Assembly (NCBI RefSeq): GCF_016433145.1
Contig: NC_058131.1
Span: 642,406,862 to 642,470,861 of the forward strand
Direction: 5' to 3'
Length of the DNA stretch: 64,000 nt
DNA from: Gracilinanus agilis
Lineage: Eukaryota
The position numbers were made by a program, and so were the translations under genes. A model generated the notes under the pieces. The model saw nothing but the letters and a program-made list of their open reading frames with translations, was not told where the DNA came from and searched no databases. Positions within the stretch are counted from its first letter, which is position 1. The number at the start of each line of letters is the position of its first letter. Positions 41,000 to 52,609 of the stretch are shown one piece after another.

Positions 41000-41680
41000 T
41001 AGATTTGACCCAAAGAGATCATAGATAAAAAGACTTGCACAAAAATATTTATAGCTGTGCTTTTTGTGATGGCAAAAAACTGGAAAACGAGGGTATGCCC
41101 TTCTATTGGGGAATGGCTGAACAAATTGTGGTATATGCTGGTGATGGAATACTATTGTGCTCGAAGGAATAATAACCTGGAGGAATTCCATGTGGACTGT
41201 AAAGACCACCAATAAACTGGAGGAATTCCGTGTGAACTAGAAAGGCCTCCAGGAATTGATGCAGAGTGAAAGGAGCAGAGCCAGAAGAACGTAGTACACA
41301 GAGACTGATACACTATGGTAAAATTGAATGTAATGGACTTCTATACTAGCAGGAATGCAATGATCCAGGACAATTCTGAAGGATTTATGGAAAAGAACGC
41401 TACCTACATTCAGAGGAAGAACTGCAGGAGTGGAAACACAGAAGAAAAACAACTGCTTGAATACATGGGTTGATGCAGACATGATTGGGGATGTAGACTC
41501 GAAACGACCACACCAATGCAACTATCAATAACATGGAAATAGGTCTTGATCAATGACACATGTTAAAACCAGTGGAAATAGGGTGTTAGTGGCATGAAGG
41601 GGAAAGTAAGAACATGAATCATATAACTATGGAAAATTTTTCTAAAAAATAAATTTTTTTTAAAAAATAAAAAATTATAT
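41000..41680 (+). mobile_element. L1 3' fragment
   Basis: cacaaaaatatttatagctgtgctttttgtgatggcaaaaaactgg...ggaatggctgaacaaattgtggtatatg aligns to the 26.5 kb copy. The tail is A-rich. Confidence 0.9.
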
Positions 41681-43672
41681 TTGACCCATTGTTTTAACAT
41701 GCATCTTTTGTCCATCTTGATTCTACAAGCTTTTAGTTATCCTTCCTACTTTTATGTGATCTATAAATCAATTAGCATATGCCATCTAAAAATACTGATC
41801 AACACAAATGGATAAGGTCCAGACTGTGTGGAGCACAACAAAAACATATAAGAACAAGAGTCTTTCTCATTCGTGAAACTTCACCTTCTTTATCCTGGTA
41901 TTTAGAGATTAGAAAAAAAGTGAGACTTCAAAAAAGGTCAGTGAAATTTCCATGGTCAAATGTCTGGCTAGTGTCAGAGCCAGAAATGAATGTCCCATCT
42001 CTTTATAAGAACTCCAGCATTCTGCCATAAGACAATTAGTATCCTTGCCTCTTTCTTTCATTGCTCTTGGTTTGAACCTCTCCTTTGCACTGATCACTCT
42101 TCTAATTTGTAGGGGTTAAGTATAATTCCAATATCTTCATCTAGTTTTTTCAGGGCCAGAGAACTGTCCCTACTGTATTCACAATATTACTGATGCCTAG
42201 AATGAGTTCTTCAACACCTACTGAACTCTTGCCTATCTTTTACAATCTCTGATCCCCTCCTTCGTTGTTAATAACTTCCCCATCAAGCCTCAGATAATAG
42301 AGGAACAAAGGATTATAGATTTTTAGCTAGTTGAGAGCTCTAGAGACCAGCCTGCTCATATTACAGATAAGGAAACAGTCTTAGGGAGGTTAAATAACTT
42401 ACCTGGGGTCACACTGTTAGTGAAAAGCAGAGGTGCAATTTGAGCACTCGGTCTTCTAGCCACACGATATCTAATGCATTTATGTAATATAGTGTATCAT
42501 TGTCATCAGCATTCGCCTTACTCCACTGAAAGCTCCATAAGGACAGCAATTGCACCTTAGCTAAACTTGGCATCTTTCTCCAAGTCCTAACGCAGTGCTC
42601 TGAATATATTAAGTGCTCTATAAACATTTGAATGAAGTATTTCAATTCAGTATAACGTTCTGCACATAGGAAACATTTTGTAGAAGTTTGCTGAATTAAA
42701 TCTTAAACATTGTTTTAGACAATTACCCCATGTCAACAGGTTACTAGCTAATGAAACTCCATCTAAGTACCACTGAGTTCCTACTTGGAGGACCAAATGG
42801 CATACATGGTTGATAAATCTTTGTCAAGTTGGCATGAAATTGGTTCTTTGTATGCCAAGGAATTACTCAATATACACATCATGTTCTCAGTAGCAGGCAA
42901 ACATTTTATTTAATTATTATACAAAGGCCAATGCATAGGTAGTTCCTGGTCTTTTTTTCTATGGGATGATTTATTAATATTCATGTCTTATAACTATTAC
43001 TACCATTATTGTGTCCTATTTTCTACACTAAAGTTTCTTTGCAGAGTTTTTACATTTTAAAAGTTACTTTCAGAAGTGACACTAAATGAAAGTCTTGTCA
43101 AGGCACATAGGTGGACAAGTAGGTTGACTCATCTTCTACTAATGAATTTATATATAATAATAATTATTCTTTGAAATCCATCCTCATGTCATACAAGTCA
43201 GGTCAACAGCCTAATACTGACTCTGGCAGCCAAACAAAGGGAAATTCAGTAGCATGATACAAAGCTGTCCAGGATCATCCATCACAAACCATTAAGAATG
43301 CCTCCTCAAAAGTCCTAGAACCAATAAAGGTATACCATCTGTAAAATTTATCTTAAATTTTTATTAACCTTTTTTACATTTTCAGCCAGAACCATCTGTG
43401 GAGATTGAGTTCCATAAATTTATTAAACACTGTTTCAAGGAATATTTGCTTTGATTCAATTCAGACCTTTACTAAGCACCAAGGATATGCAGGATATAGT
43501 AATAGAACTACAAAGATGAAATGCCTGCCTTCAAAGAGCTTGTAATCTAGCATGAAAGTTACAGGATACATAAATAAATATAAAAGAGAAACCATACCAA
43601 TTGGATATTATGAAAAATTTGAGATGAGAGAGATCACTTAGATGCCAGTTAGGGTCAGGATACCCAGGAGGT

Positions 43673-43865
43673 TTTTTGTTTTTTTTTTTAAACCCTTAAC
43701 TTCTGTGTATTGGCTCCTTGGTGGAAGAGTGGTAAGGGTGGGCAATGGGGGTCAAGTGACTTGCCCAGGGTCACACAGCTGGGAAGTGTCTGAGGCCGGA
43801 TTTCAACCTAGGACCTCCCATCTCTAGGCCTGACTCTCAATCCACTGAGCTACCCAGCTGCCCCT
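43673..43865 (-). mobile_element. SINE1_Mdo-like SINE
   Basis: Near-identical to the 13613 and 30603 copies. Confidence 0.9.
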
Positions 43866-44189
43866 GAGGGTTTTTTAAAAATTATTATCCAAGCTCTTAA
43901 TGTCTCATTCATCTCTTCAAAGTCCTTTTTATTATATCAATGTTCATATTTTTAGTGTTTTAGCTTATGTTTTTTCAATACATTCTGAGAAAACCCAAAA
44001 AATTAAAGATCTTTGATTAAAGGAGACAGCTGACAAATGAAGGTTTAGCTCTAAGTTGTAAGGGAAGACCCAGAAATCCTAAGGGTACAGGAGATCATTA
44101 GGGTACCTCCACTGAGCAGATAAAGTCTGAAGGAAATAGTATCAAGGTTGAGAATTTTTAGCTTTTACATTAACTGAATCAACACAACT

Positions 44190-44960
44190 AGCGTAAGAAA
44201 AGAATCTGCCAATTTGCTAAAAAAAAATCTTTGCATCAATTATCTAAGCGTCTGATATCCAGGATATATATAGAATACAAATGTGTGACATCAAAAATCA
44301 TGGCTAAATGGTCAGGTGATCAAAAGATGCAAATTAATAGTTCATTTAAGAATTGCAAATGTAATATTAAAAAAAAAAGATGCTCCAAGTCATTAATAGT
44401 AAGACAGATGCAAATTGAAACAACTCTGACAGCAAAGGTCATACCTAGCAAATTGGGGAAGATGAAAAAAGATGGGAATAGGTGATACAGGGAAGGAGAA
44501 GGGCTATAGAATGAAAGACATAGTAACCCTGCTGGAGGAAATGTGAATTGGTCCAACAATTCTAGAAGACAATTGGCAATTTCCCCAAGTGGCTCAAGTG
44601 CTCAGATTTTTTAACATAGAGGTCCTACTATTGGACATATAATCCAAGGAGGTCAAAAAAAGAAAGAAGTATTCAATGTAAACCAAAATAATTTCAGTAA
44701 TACTTGTAGTATCAAAGAACTAACTGTAAACTGTATACCTCTATTGGACAGTAATGAATAAACTAGTTTTGATATTTCAATATAATGGGATATTATTTTA
44801 ACATAGGAAAAGATGAACATGAAAAATATAGGAACACATGGGAAGAATTATATGTATTGATGTAAAGTGAAGTAATCAGATCCAGAAAAACATTACAGAA
44901 AATGACTATGATAACGTAAATGTCAAAAGTCAATTGAAACTGAACGTTGAGAGTGTCAGA
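44190..44960 (+). mobile_element. Older L1 3' fragment
   Basis: Contains gatgcaaattgaaacaactctg and gctggaggaaatgtgaattggtccaacaattctag, which are degenerate L1 ORF2-end motifs. Confidence 0.8.
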
Positions 44961-46259
44961 TATGATATCCAAGGTCCTTTACAATTCTAAAATCACCATG
45001 CAATGAAATTATGACTATACTACAGGCCCCCAATAATAATAGTTAACATTTAGATAGTACTTTATTGTAAAGAATGTGGCATATGTTTTCATTTTTACCC
45101 ATGAACTAAGTATGAATATTAATCTCCATTTTATAAATGAGGAAATTGAAGCTAAAAGAGCTTAAGTGGCTCACCCAGGGTCACACCACTAATAAATATT
45201 TACAGCTCATCTTGACTTCAATGTACCTCTTTTTTCTTTGCAGAGGTGGCAGAATTCCAGAGGTTTTTGTTGCTTTTTTAAAAATTATTTCCCCCTCCCT
45301 TCTTAATTTTTGTTGTTGTTATTATAAACCCTTTGAGTGGCAGAGGAGAAACATATCAAGAAAAGTAGGTAATATAAAAACAAAAGAAACAAAATTTTGA
45401 AAATATTTTTTCTTTATGTAATTGAGGGTAGAGATTTTATTATTGAACATAAAACAATTCTACCTAGTAAAATGTAAGCTCCTAGAGGATAATTGATTTT
45501 TGTCTTTGTTACCCTAAGAACAAGTACCCAGAACACCAAGTAGGCATTCAACACAGCTCTTAAAAGGAACTGAGTGGAACAAGAACAATGAAAAATTTGG
45601 TTAGATTCTGTTGAAAGGGCTTAAATGTGTAGCTAGGCAGAGTACATTTTGACTATAAGGAAGTACTAGAGGCTTAATATTTTTGTCTTTTCAAGAGAGG
45701 CAGAATGGCAAAGAAGTTAATAAGCTGCTCACTTTGGAGATAAAACCTGAGTACAAGTTCTGCCTTTCACCTATGCAAGCTATATGACCCTAAACAAACC
45801 CTTTAACTTCTTAGTGCCTCCACTCAATTCTCTAGGATTGATGCAGGGCAGGTGATTAGGAAATGGAGTCTTCCTTGCTAGTTCAGGTCCACCCTGCCCC
45901 TCCACCCCCCAAAAATCTATTCAAGATGTTAAAGAGATGTCCCTGAATGACTACAATGTTTTGTCACATAAATTGTAACAAATGGTCAATTATATGTTCC
46001 TAATGAATTAAGGATCCATTTCCATTTAAATGAACTTAACAAATATTTGAATGCTTATTTTGGACAAGGTACTGAGCTTTATTCCATTATTCAATTCCTT
46101 CCGTCTCTATTTTTCTTCTTGGAAATTCCTAGATATGCTTGGAGCTTTTTAACTCCTACCAGATGTGGCAGTGAAGATCCTAGCTAAGGGCTGAGTATAT
46201 GCAGAATAGAGAGATGTCCTGCTACCAAAACCCTTATGCCAATAAATTACAAGCTGTTC

Positions 46260-46515
46260 ACAGGCAGCATAGTAGATAAGAATGCTAGGCTTTGGCAGCC
46301 AAGAAGATTTGAGTTCAAATCCCAATTCAGACACTTAGCTCTGTGACCTCAATAAGTCATGACACCTATTTGTCTCAGTTTCCCCATATGCAAAATGGGG
46401 ATGATAATAATAATAATACAGCACTACCTCAAAGGGTTGCTAAAAGAAAAAATTAAGTAACATGTTCAGTGCTTCACAAACCTTAAAGTTCTACACAAAT
46501 GCAACCTAATATTAT
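46260..46515 (+). mobile_element. MIR
   Basis: Core plus tail cttcacaaaccttaaagttctacacaaatgc. Confidence 0.8.
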
Positions 46516-47323
46516 TAATATTATTGTTACTCAAATCCCACTAGCCTACTATAATGGATTTATGACCTCATCAATAATGGATTTATGATCTCATCAATGT
46601 GGACACTATCTCTATCAAGATCATTACTTAACCATGCCTGTCTATCCTTTTCAGTTCTTGCACATATTCTCTTTTTAAATCCAACATGGGAAGCCACCAA
46701 ACATACCTTGGGTCATCCCTTGTATTGTCTTAAAATTGAGTAGATACCAATGGAACATGGAAGTTTCGCTTATTGATTACCTGGTCTCTACTTGACTATA
46801 GTCTCTACTTTTTCCCATGTATTTCTGATAACAACTCTTTATGCTGAATCTCCTGCAAAAACCTTCATTTATGGCCTACCCATATCCACCATGTTACTTT
46901 CCATTGCCCTTTGAATAATGGACTTCAATTCATCAGAGATCATTGCATTCCATAAATAGACCACAGAATACAACCAAAATTATAATGTTGTTTAAAATGA
47001 GTCTTTGTTTTTAAGGAAGAAGGTTAGGGTCCTCAAAAGAACTTTGTAAATTTCCCTAAAGCCAATCCAACCTGTTCTCTTTCTGTTAAATCCAATGTAC
47101 AGTTGGATGACCTTTATGGACTGCCCCTCCTACTTTCTAGCATTATGTAGACTAAAGACCCTCCTTATCCAATGAGTTTCTTTTCGCCACATGTAGATGG
47201 TTAAGACAAACTCTTTAAGTGATGATAAATAGTATTTAGGAAGTTCTGCAGTGTTCCAAGGCTTGATTCAATTTGCTCAATGTTATCTGCAAAGATGTAT
47301 CTGGCAAAATATACTATTTATAA

Positions 47324-47561
47324 CAAAGGTTCTTAACCTGGGATCTACAGACGCCTTGAGGATCTATAAGTAGATTTCAGGAGCTCTGTGAACTCGGAGA
47401 GGAGGAGGTAGGGGAAATGATATTTGTATTTTCATTAACTTCTAACTGGAATTTAGTTATTTTCCTTGAATTGTTTAAAAACCTTATTCTAGGAAGGGGT
47501 CCATAGGTTTTACCCAATGGCCAAAGGGGTTCGTGATACAAAAACAAGTTAAGAACCTTTG
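47324..47561 (+). mobile_element. Charlie-type hAT MITE
   Basis: Perfect 14-bp TIRs caaaggttcttaac and gttaagaacctttg. The interior aggggtccataggtttt...ccaaagggg resembles Charlie-family MITEs. The TSD is degraded. Confidence 0.75.
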
Positions 47562-49778
47562 CTCTAAAAGAAATCCTATATATGTCTGTATAGGATACTG
47601 AATATCCTCTGGGATGCAAACATGCAAGTAAGCATCTTCCTGTTTTACACCTCACTTAATACATAAAATGTTGAACTCAGTTACATTTCCTAAGGAATCT
47701 TTTATGATTTTACCACATGCACAGCAGATAGCTTATTGAAGGAGAGACTTTATGCATTTAAATTTAGTCTACTCCAGCTGCTTTTCTTGCCTATTTTATC
47801 CAATGAAATTCAGTTTCCTGATATGGCATATCTAGGACTATGACATTAGAGTCCAAATGTAATAATTATACTATCATTTATGTGAACTCTATTTTAAAAA
47901 TATCTTTATAGGTCCTTTTTCTGTTTTTTTTTTGGGGGGGTGCATTTGTTGTCCTGGCTCCATTTTTAAATGCCAGGGGAGGAGTGATTTTGTTTTCTTT
48001 AAATTTATTTTTCCCTCCAGTGCTCCTTGCTCTTTAATGAGGTGAAGCTAGTCATAATGTTTCAATATCCTTCCATTTTATGAACATCTTTTCTCCTTGA
48101 CAAGTTTTCTTTTTGGCTGCCATATCTATGTACTTGGCAAAGCCAAGCATTTATTGGCTGAGGCATTTTCTGGAATCTTTGAGATCTTTAGGGTAATTGA
48201 TTTGCATCCATTAAACTTCCCTAGAAATTAATACAATTTCTATAGATGTCTGATTCTCCATCCACTTTCCATTTTTCCATAGTATATTTTGATAGGTTAG
48301 ACTAAAAATTGTTTTCACTGGATCCTTACCTTTTTCTCATTTGTATTTCTTTTTCTGTTATATTTCTATTTTTTCTCTAACATGTCAATAGTCTACAAAA
48401 CAGCTAATTTGAGAAGAACCCCAACATCAGTAACAAGTAATTTCTTATCTGTTAAAAAGCAATAAATTTCAATTATTGTTATGCTATTTTGTGTTAATAA
48501 TGCGTAGTAACTTCTAATTCTTTTCTTCAAGAATTTTGACATGAGTATAAGAATCTTCTATACTCTGTGCCCTTATATTTCTTTGGAGCTGTGGTCTGGA
48601 TCACTATAGGCTTCAGAAAGCTATCCTAGCTCACAATTACTACAGTGCTTCCAAGATGACACACCGAAAAACCTAAGAATCCTTGTAAGAAGGTAAGGAT
48701 CCCATTATGGGGGAAAAGCTCTAAAAGAGAGATTTCCACAAAGCATTTGAGATAGCCTTTGAGATCTGAAAAGTCATCCAACGTGTGAGTTCTTCAAGGT
48801 TTGCCCCAATTCAGGTCACAGACCTATAGGTTGATTATAGTACATTGTACTACAATGTTCAATAGTAGTACATTGCCACTTTTCTATATAGATGCTATTG
48901 AGAAGCAATTATACAGGAACTCGATTCTGTAACTTCTTGAGTTATTTCACTGGTGGTAATACCTTACTGCTAGCCTTCACACATAAAGATACAGCAACCC
49001 AAGTAGAATATTTCATGGTTCCCCCAATAGTAGTGAATCTAAATCTATAGCCTTGTTTCCAAGTCTCCTTTATGAGCAAATCATTCCTCTTCAAGAAGTC
49101 TAGCTGGGTTTGAGGATATAGTATAAAGCAATAAAAAGCTAACCATACCAAAGAGATAGCTTGTTCTTTGTTTCATTAGTATAGGGCTTTTTCTAGCAAT
49201 GCAAGCTTAATTAGAAAAAAATAAAGTTTATTAATGAAAATATCACAATTATCTCTCTTGGTTGATCAGAATCATCATTTCTCTTCAGTATCTTAAGGTT
49301 TATCATCTCTGACTTATTTTCTTAGAACAACTTTATATTTTCAGTGTTGATCCTGTAATAAGGACCCTTCGATTCATCCATCCTGGGGGCATGGGAATTT
49401 CCTAATGTATATTAGGAATATAAACTAACAAAGATGCAGGAGAAGCTATCACATTGATTTCAATCAAGAGCTATTTTGATAATGATGCTAGATCAGGTTG
49501 GAGTGCTACTCTTCAGGCTTTCACTTTGATGTCATTTTCCTGACTCCAGGAGTTAAATAAAATAGCACTATGATCATTACTGTCTAAATTTGTAAAAGAT
49601 ATGAAAGAAAAACTCCACTGCAAGAGGCTATAAACAAATATTGTCCATGCCAATGATTATAACATATGTGACATTTTGTTATGCCTGGAGCAATAAATAA
49701 ACCCTGATTTCAACAAGATTAAGGCATGTTTGGGATAATTTTGCATTGGCTAGTCACCTCCAGGAATTCTTCACTTAC

Positions 49779-50097
49779 TTTTTCAATCCTTTGTGAATCT
49801 CCTGGAGACAAAGCATACTGAGTGTTTGATCAGTGGACACTCTGGCAAAGATGTCCTATTGCAGACCTTCAGTGTGTTTGTAAAGAAATCATCAGAGTTG
49901 TGAAACAGGGGGTTGAAACCATAATACTCAAAGCATGTCTGTCCTAGTGCTCATTTCAACCAAACAACAGTTGCACCGAGTTGCTGATGAAAAGATGTGC
50001 AGCAGAATTCGCAGATTCCTATGAATCTGACAGGGGCCGCGACGTGAACGCTTCTGCTATGGCCCCCTGTTATCCACTACAACCTCCATATTGCTTT
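49779..50097 (-). other. Candidate cryptic/poison cassette exon containing the ribozyme
   Basis: Acceptor ctttcttcttttcattcacAG at 50099-50098 and donor AAA|GTAAGT at 49778-49773 enclose 319 nt. There is no expression evidence here. Confidence 0.3.
50000..50067 (-). ncRNA. CPEB3 ribozyme: CPEB3 ribozyme (HDV-like nested double-pseudoknot self-cleaving RNA)
   Basis: Minus strand reads GGAUAACA|GGGGGCCAUAGCAGAAGCGUUCACGUCGCGGCCCCUGUCAGAUUCAUAGGAAUCUGCGAAUUCUGCUG, nearly identical to the recalled human sequence. Pairings: P1 G1-C7 with G30-U36, P2 9-16 with 61-68, P3 GCG/CGC, P1.1 C22-G37, P4 CAGAUUC/GAAUCUG. Catalytic C57 is at 50011. Predicted cleavage is between 50068 and 50067. Confidence 0.97.
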
Positions 50098-50699
50098 CTG
50101 TGAATGAAAAGAAGAAAGTTCTATTTATGCAAATAGCTTTGGTCTGAAATAGCATTTCTATGACTATTCACATGTCAATCTGGGCCAGACCCATAGTTCT
50201 GCCTTTTAGAGACTGGATCCAAGCCCTCCAATGAGCCATCCCTACTTCATCTCCCCTTGGTGCTCATGCAGATTCCTGCTGTGTGCCACAGCTATCATAG
50301 CTATTGCCTGCCTACACATCACCAAATAAGGCAGCTCAGATAGTCTTGTCACAGAATGAGGGACAAAAACAAAAGCTACTCAACATATGCCAGGCTGTGA
50401 GGAGAGGTAGGAAAACATCCTCCCTAAAGTGGGAATTAGGGGTAGACAAGCTAGACCCATCTAGAACACAACATGCAAAAGAGTGTCTTGACAGATGCAT
50501 TTAAATATTTCATAAAGATCCAGTTTTCAGTGCCAGAAAATTTTATTCACTATTGCATATGGATATTTACTTTATGCTAAGTTGAATATGCTACAGTGGC
50601 AGTTCAAAGCCTCCAGTAGCCAGTAACACTTCCCATAAAGAAGGAGATATGTTTTAACCTCACCTAGGGTACACAAATGTTTTGATTTGGGCTCCATTT

Positions 50700-50921
50700 G
50701 TTGAAGCCGATGAGAGTTTGGAAGAACAGGTTGTTAAATTTTCAATGTGACCATTGGAATTACCATGGAAATTGGTAAACACTACAAATTATTGTAACTT
50801 TACTGTTCTGTCAACTTTCTAGACTTAAGAAAATTATGGGAAAATGTTATAATGCAGATTAAATTTTAAAATGTGTTGTGCTCAGAAAGCTGGTTGTCAA
50901 ACATTCATAAAGACATCCCTG
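50700..50921. mobile_element. Old hAT (MER63-like) fragment
   Basis: Repeated caggttgttaaa and ctggttgtcaaac motifs ending in catccctg. Confidence 0.4.
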
Positions 50922-51919
50922 GCTCTGTACCTTCTCTACTTCTTAAGTTACCAAACCATTTCCAGGCTGTATAGTATGAGAGGGAAGACAAAATAGATGA
51001 TAAATAAGCTATCCCTATATTACCTGGTTCAAGAAATCTGTAGATTTCAGAGCCGTCACTCCAAAAATATTTATTAAGCATTTATGTGCCAAGAACTGTG
51101 CAAAGGAGTACAAAGAAACACGGAAGCATGGTCCTTGTCCTCAAGAAATTCACATTCTAATGGAGAAAATAACTATGTAACCAAATTTGAATGCGATATG
51201 AAAGTATGATAAAAAAACAAAACAAAAAATGCACATGACAATAAAATGTACAAACCACTTTGTATATTCCAAATTTTAAGATCATAAATTCCTTTCCCTT
51301 CACTCCCCTCCATGACCTTGATAATGGGCTTGAGAGCTGGATAAAGCGAGGAGACAGAGTGATTTAGAGTTAGGCCAAGACAAGATAGGAAGGAAATTAG
51401 AAAACTTCAGGTTTTCCTGAGATCAAAATGAAGGAAGGGAATAAAAAAGAACCAAGTTTCTGAAAAATGTATCAGACAAGAGTGGGGGAAAGGGTAAAAT
51501 ATTCCTCTGCTATAGTAAGACTCTAGGCACCAGTCACCCAAGCAAAACAGAACTGTTGGGCAACCAGATATAGCAGGTAAACCTCTAAACAGGGAGACAG
51601 TGAAGGAGTCAATATTCTAAAGGATAGCTAAGTTCCCAAGGAAAATTAACCACGTGAAATTTGGAGGAAGCATATCAGGTTAACCAAGTTAGTAGACTAT
51701 CACATTATACATGCATGGATTATCACAGAGCAATGGTTTCAAAACCTATAATAATCTGCTATTCATTTTTTCCAAATCCTGAAATCATGAAGGGGATTAA
51801 AGGAGATTGATGGCCAAATTCTTAAGCAAATGTGTAGCAGAGATAATATGAATGATCTAGATGGGATAATTATGTAACATAGCATAGTTGGAGGGGGAGG
51901 GTTACACCATACTTGAATT

Positions 51920-52095
51920 AGAAGTCAGCTCAAGTTACAAAATGAGAGTTCAAATCTTGGCTTTTCTACTTACTAGCTGTGTCACAAGAAGCAAGTCATT
52001 TAAATGCTCTAGGCCTCAGTTACCTTATCTGTAAAATTCAAGGGTTGGACCAAATGATCTCTAAGGTCCCTTCCAGCACTGACAATCTATGATAT
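51920..52095 (+). mobile_element. MIR3-like fragment
   Basis: Contains ctcagttaccttatctgtaaaattcaagggttggaccaaatgatctctaaggtcccttccagc. Confidence 0.75.
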
Positions 52096-52124
52096 TATGA
52101 GTTGCAGTGGTGGAGGGGATATAC

Positions 52125-52609
52125 CAGTGATGGCAAACCTTTTAGAGATGCAGTGCCAGGCCCCATCCCACACCCTAGACCAAGTGCCATGCCCACTGTG
52201 CCCCTTCCCTCCAGAGACCACATGCTGGGTACACCCCACTCCTTACCCCACACAGGGGAGGGAGGAAGCGGTCCCATTGGGCTGCTGGATGGAGGGGTGG
52301 GCAAAGTAAGGAATGTCCTCAGAGAGTTTAGAGAGGGGGAAGGGAATGGCCTGAGCTCTCTGCTCCCCTCTAGCTCTGCTGCCTGTGAGCTGCCCCCTTA
52401 CCCCTGTGCACTCCCATTGGGCTGCTGGGTGGAGGGGCAGAGGATGTGAAAAAATGTCATCAGACACAATAGAAAGGGGGAGAGGAGCAGCTCTGGCTGA
52501 GTCCCTATGCCTTTCTAGTAAGGAATACTGGGAGGAAGGCAGTCATGTGCCCACAGAGAGGGCTCTGCATGCTATCTTTGGCACCCATGCCATAGGTTCA
52601 CCATCACTG
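52125..52609 (+). mobile_element. Non-autonomous hAT/Charlie-type DNA transposon
   Basis: TIRs cagtgatggcaaacct and aggttcaccatcactg. The 8-bp TSD is ggatatac/agatatac. The interior is GC-rich with a repeated cccattgggctgctgg motif. Confidence 0.88.

Noticed and set aside
46551-46596. 23-bp direct tandem duplication (similar short ones at about 12.47 and 12.6 kb)
   Set aside because: Two-copy slippage duplications with no spacers, so neither CRISPR-like nor a functional array.
49779-49816. ATG CTT TGT CTC CAG GAG ATT CAC AAA GGA TTG AAA AA just before the GTAAGT donor, a possible alternative coding start
   Set aside because: Its 38 nt would join phase-0 exon 3 out of frame, and the peptide is unrecognised.
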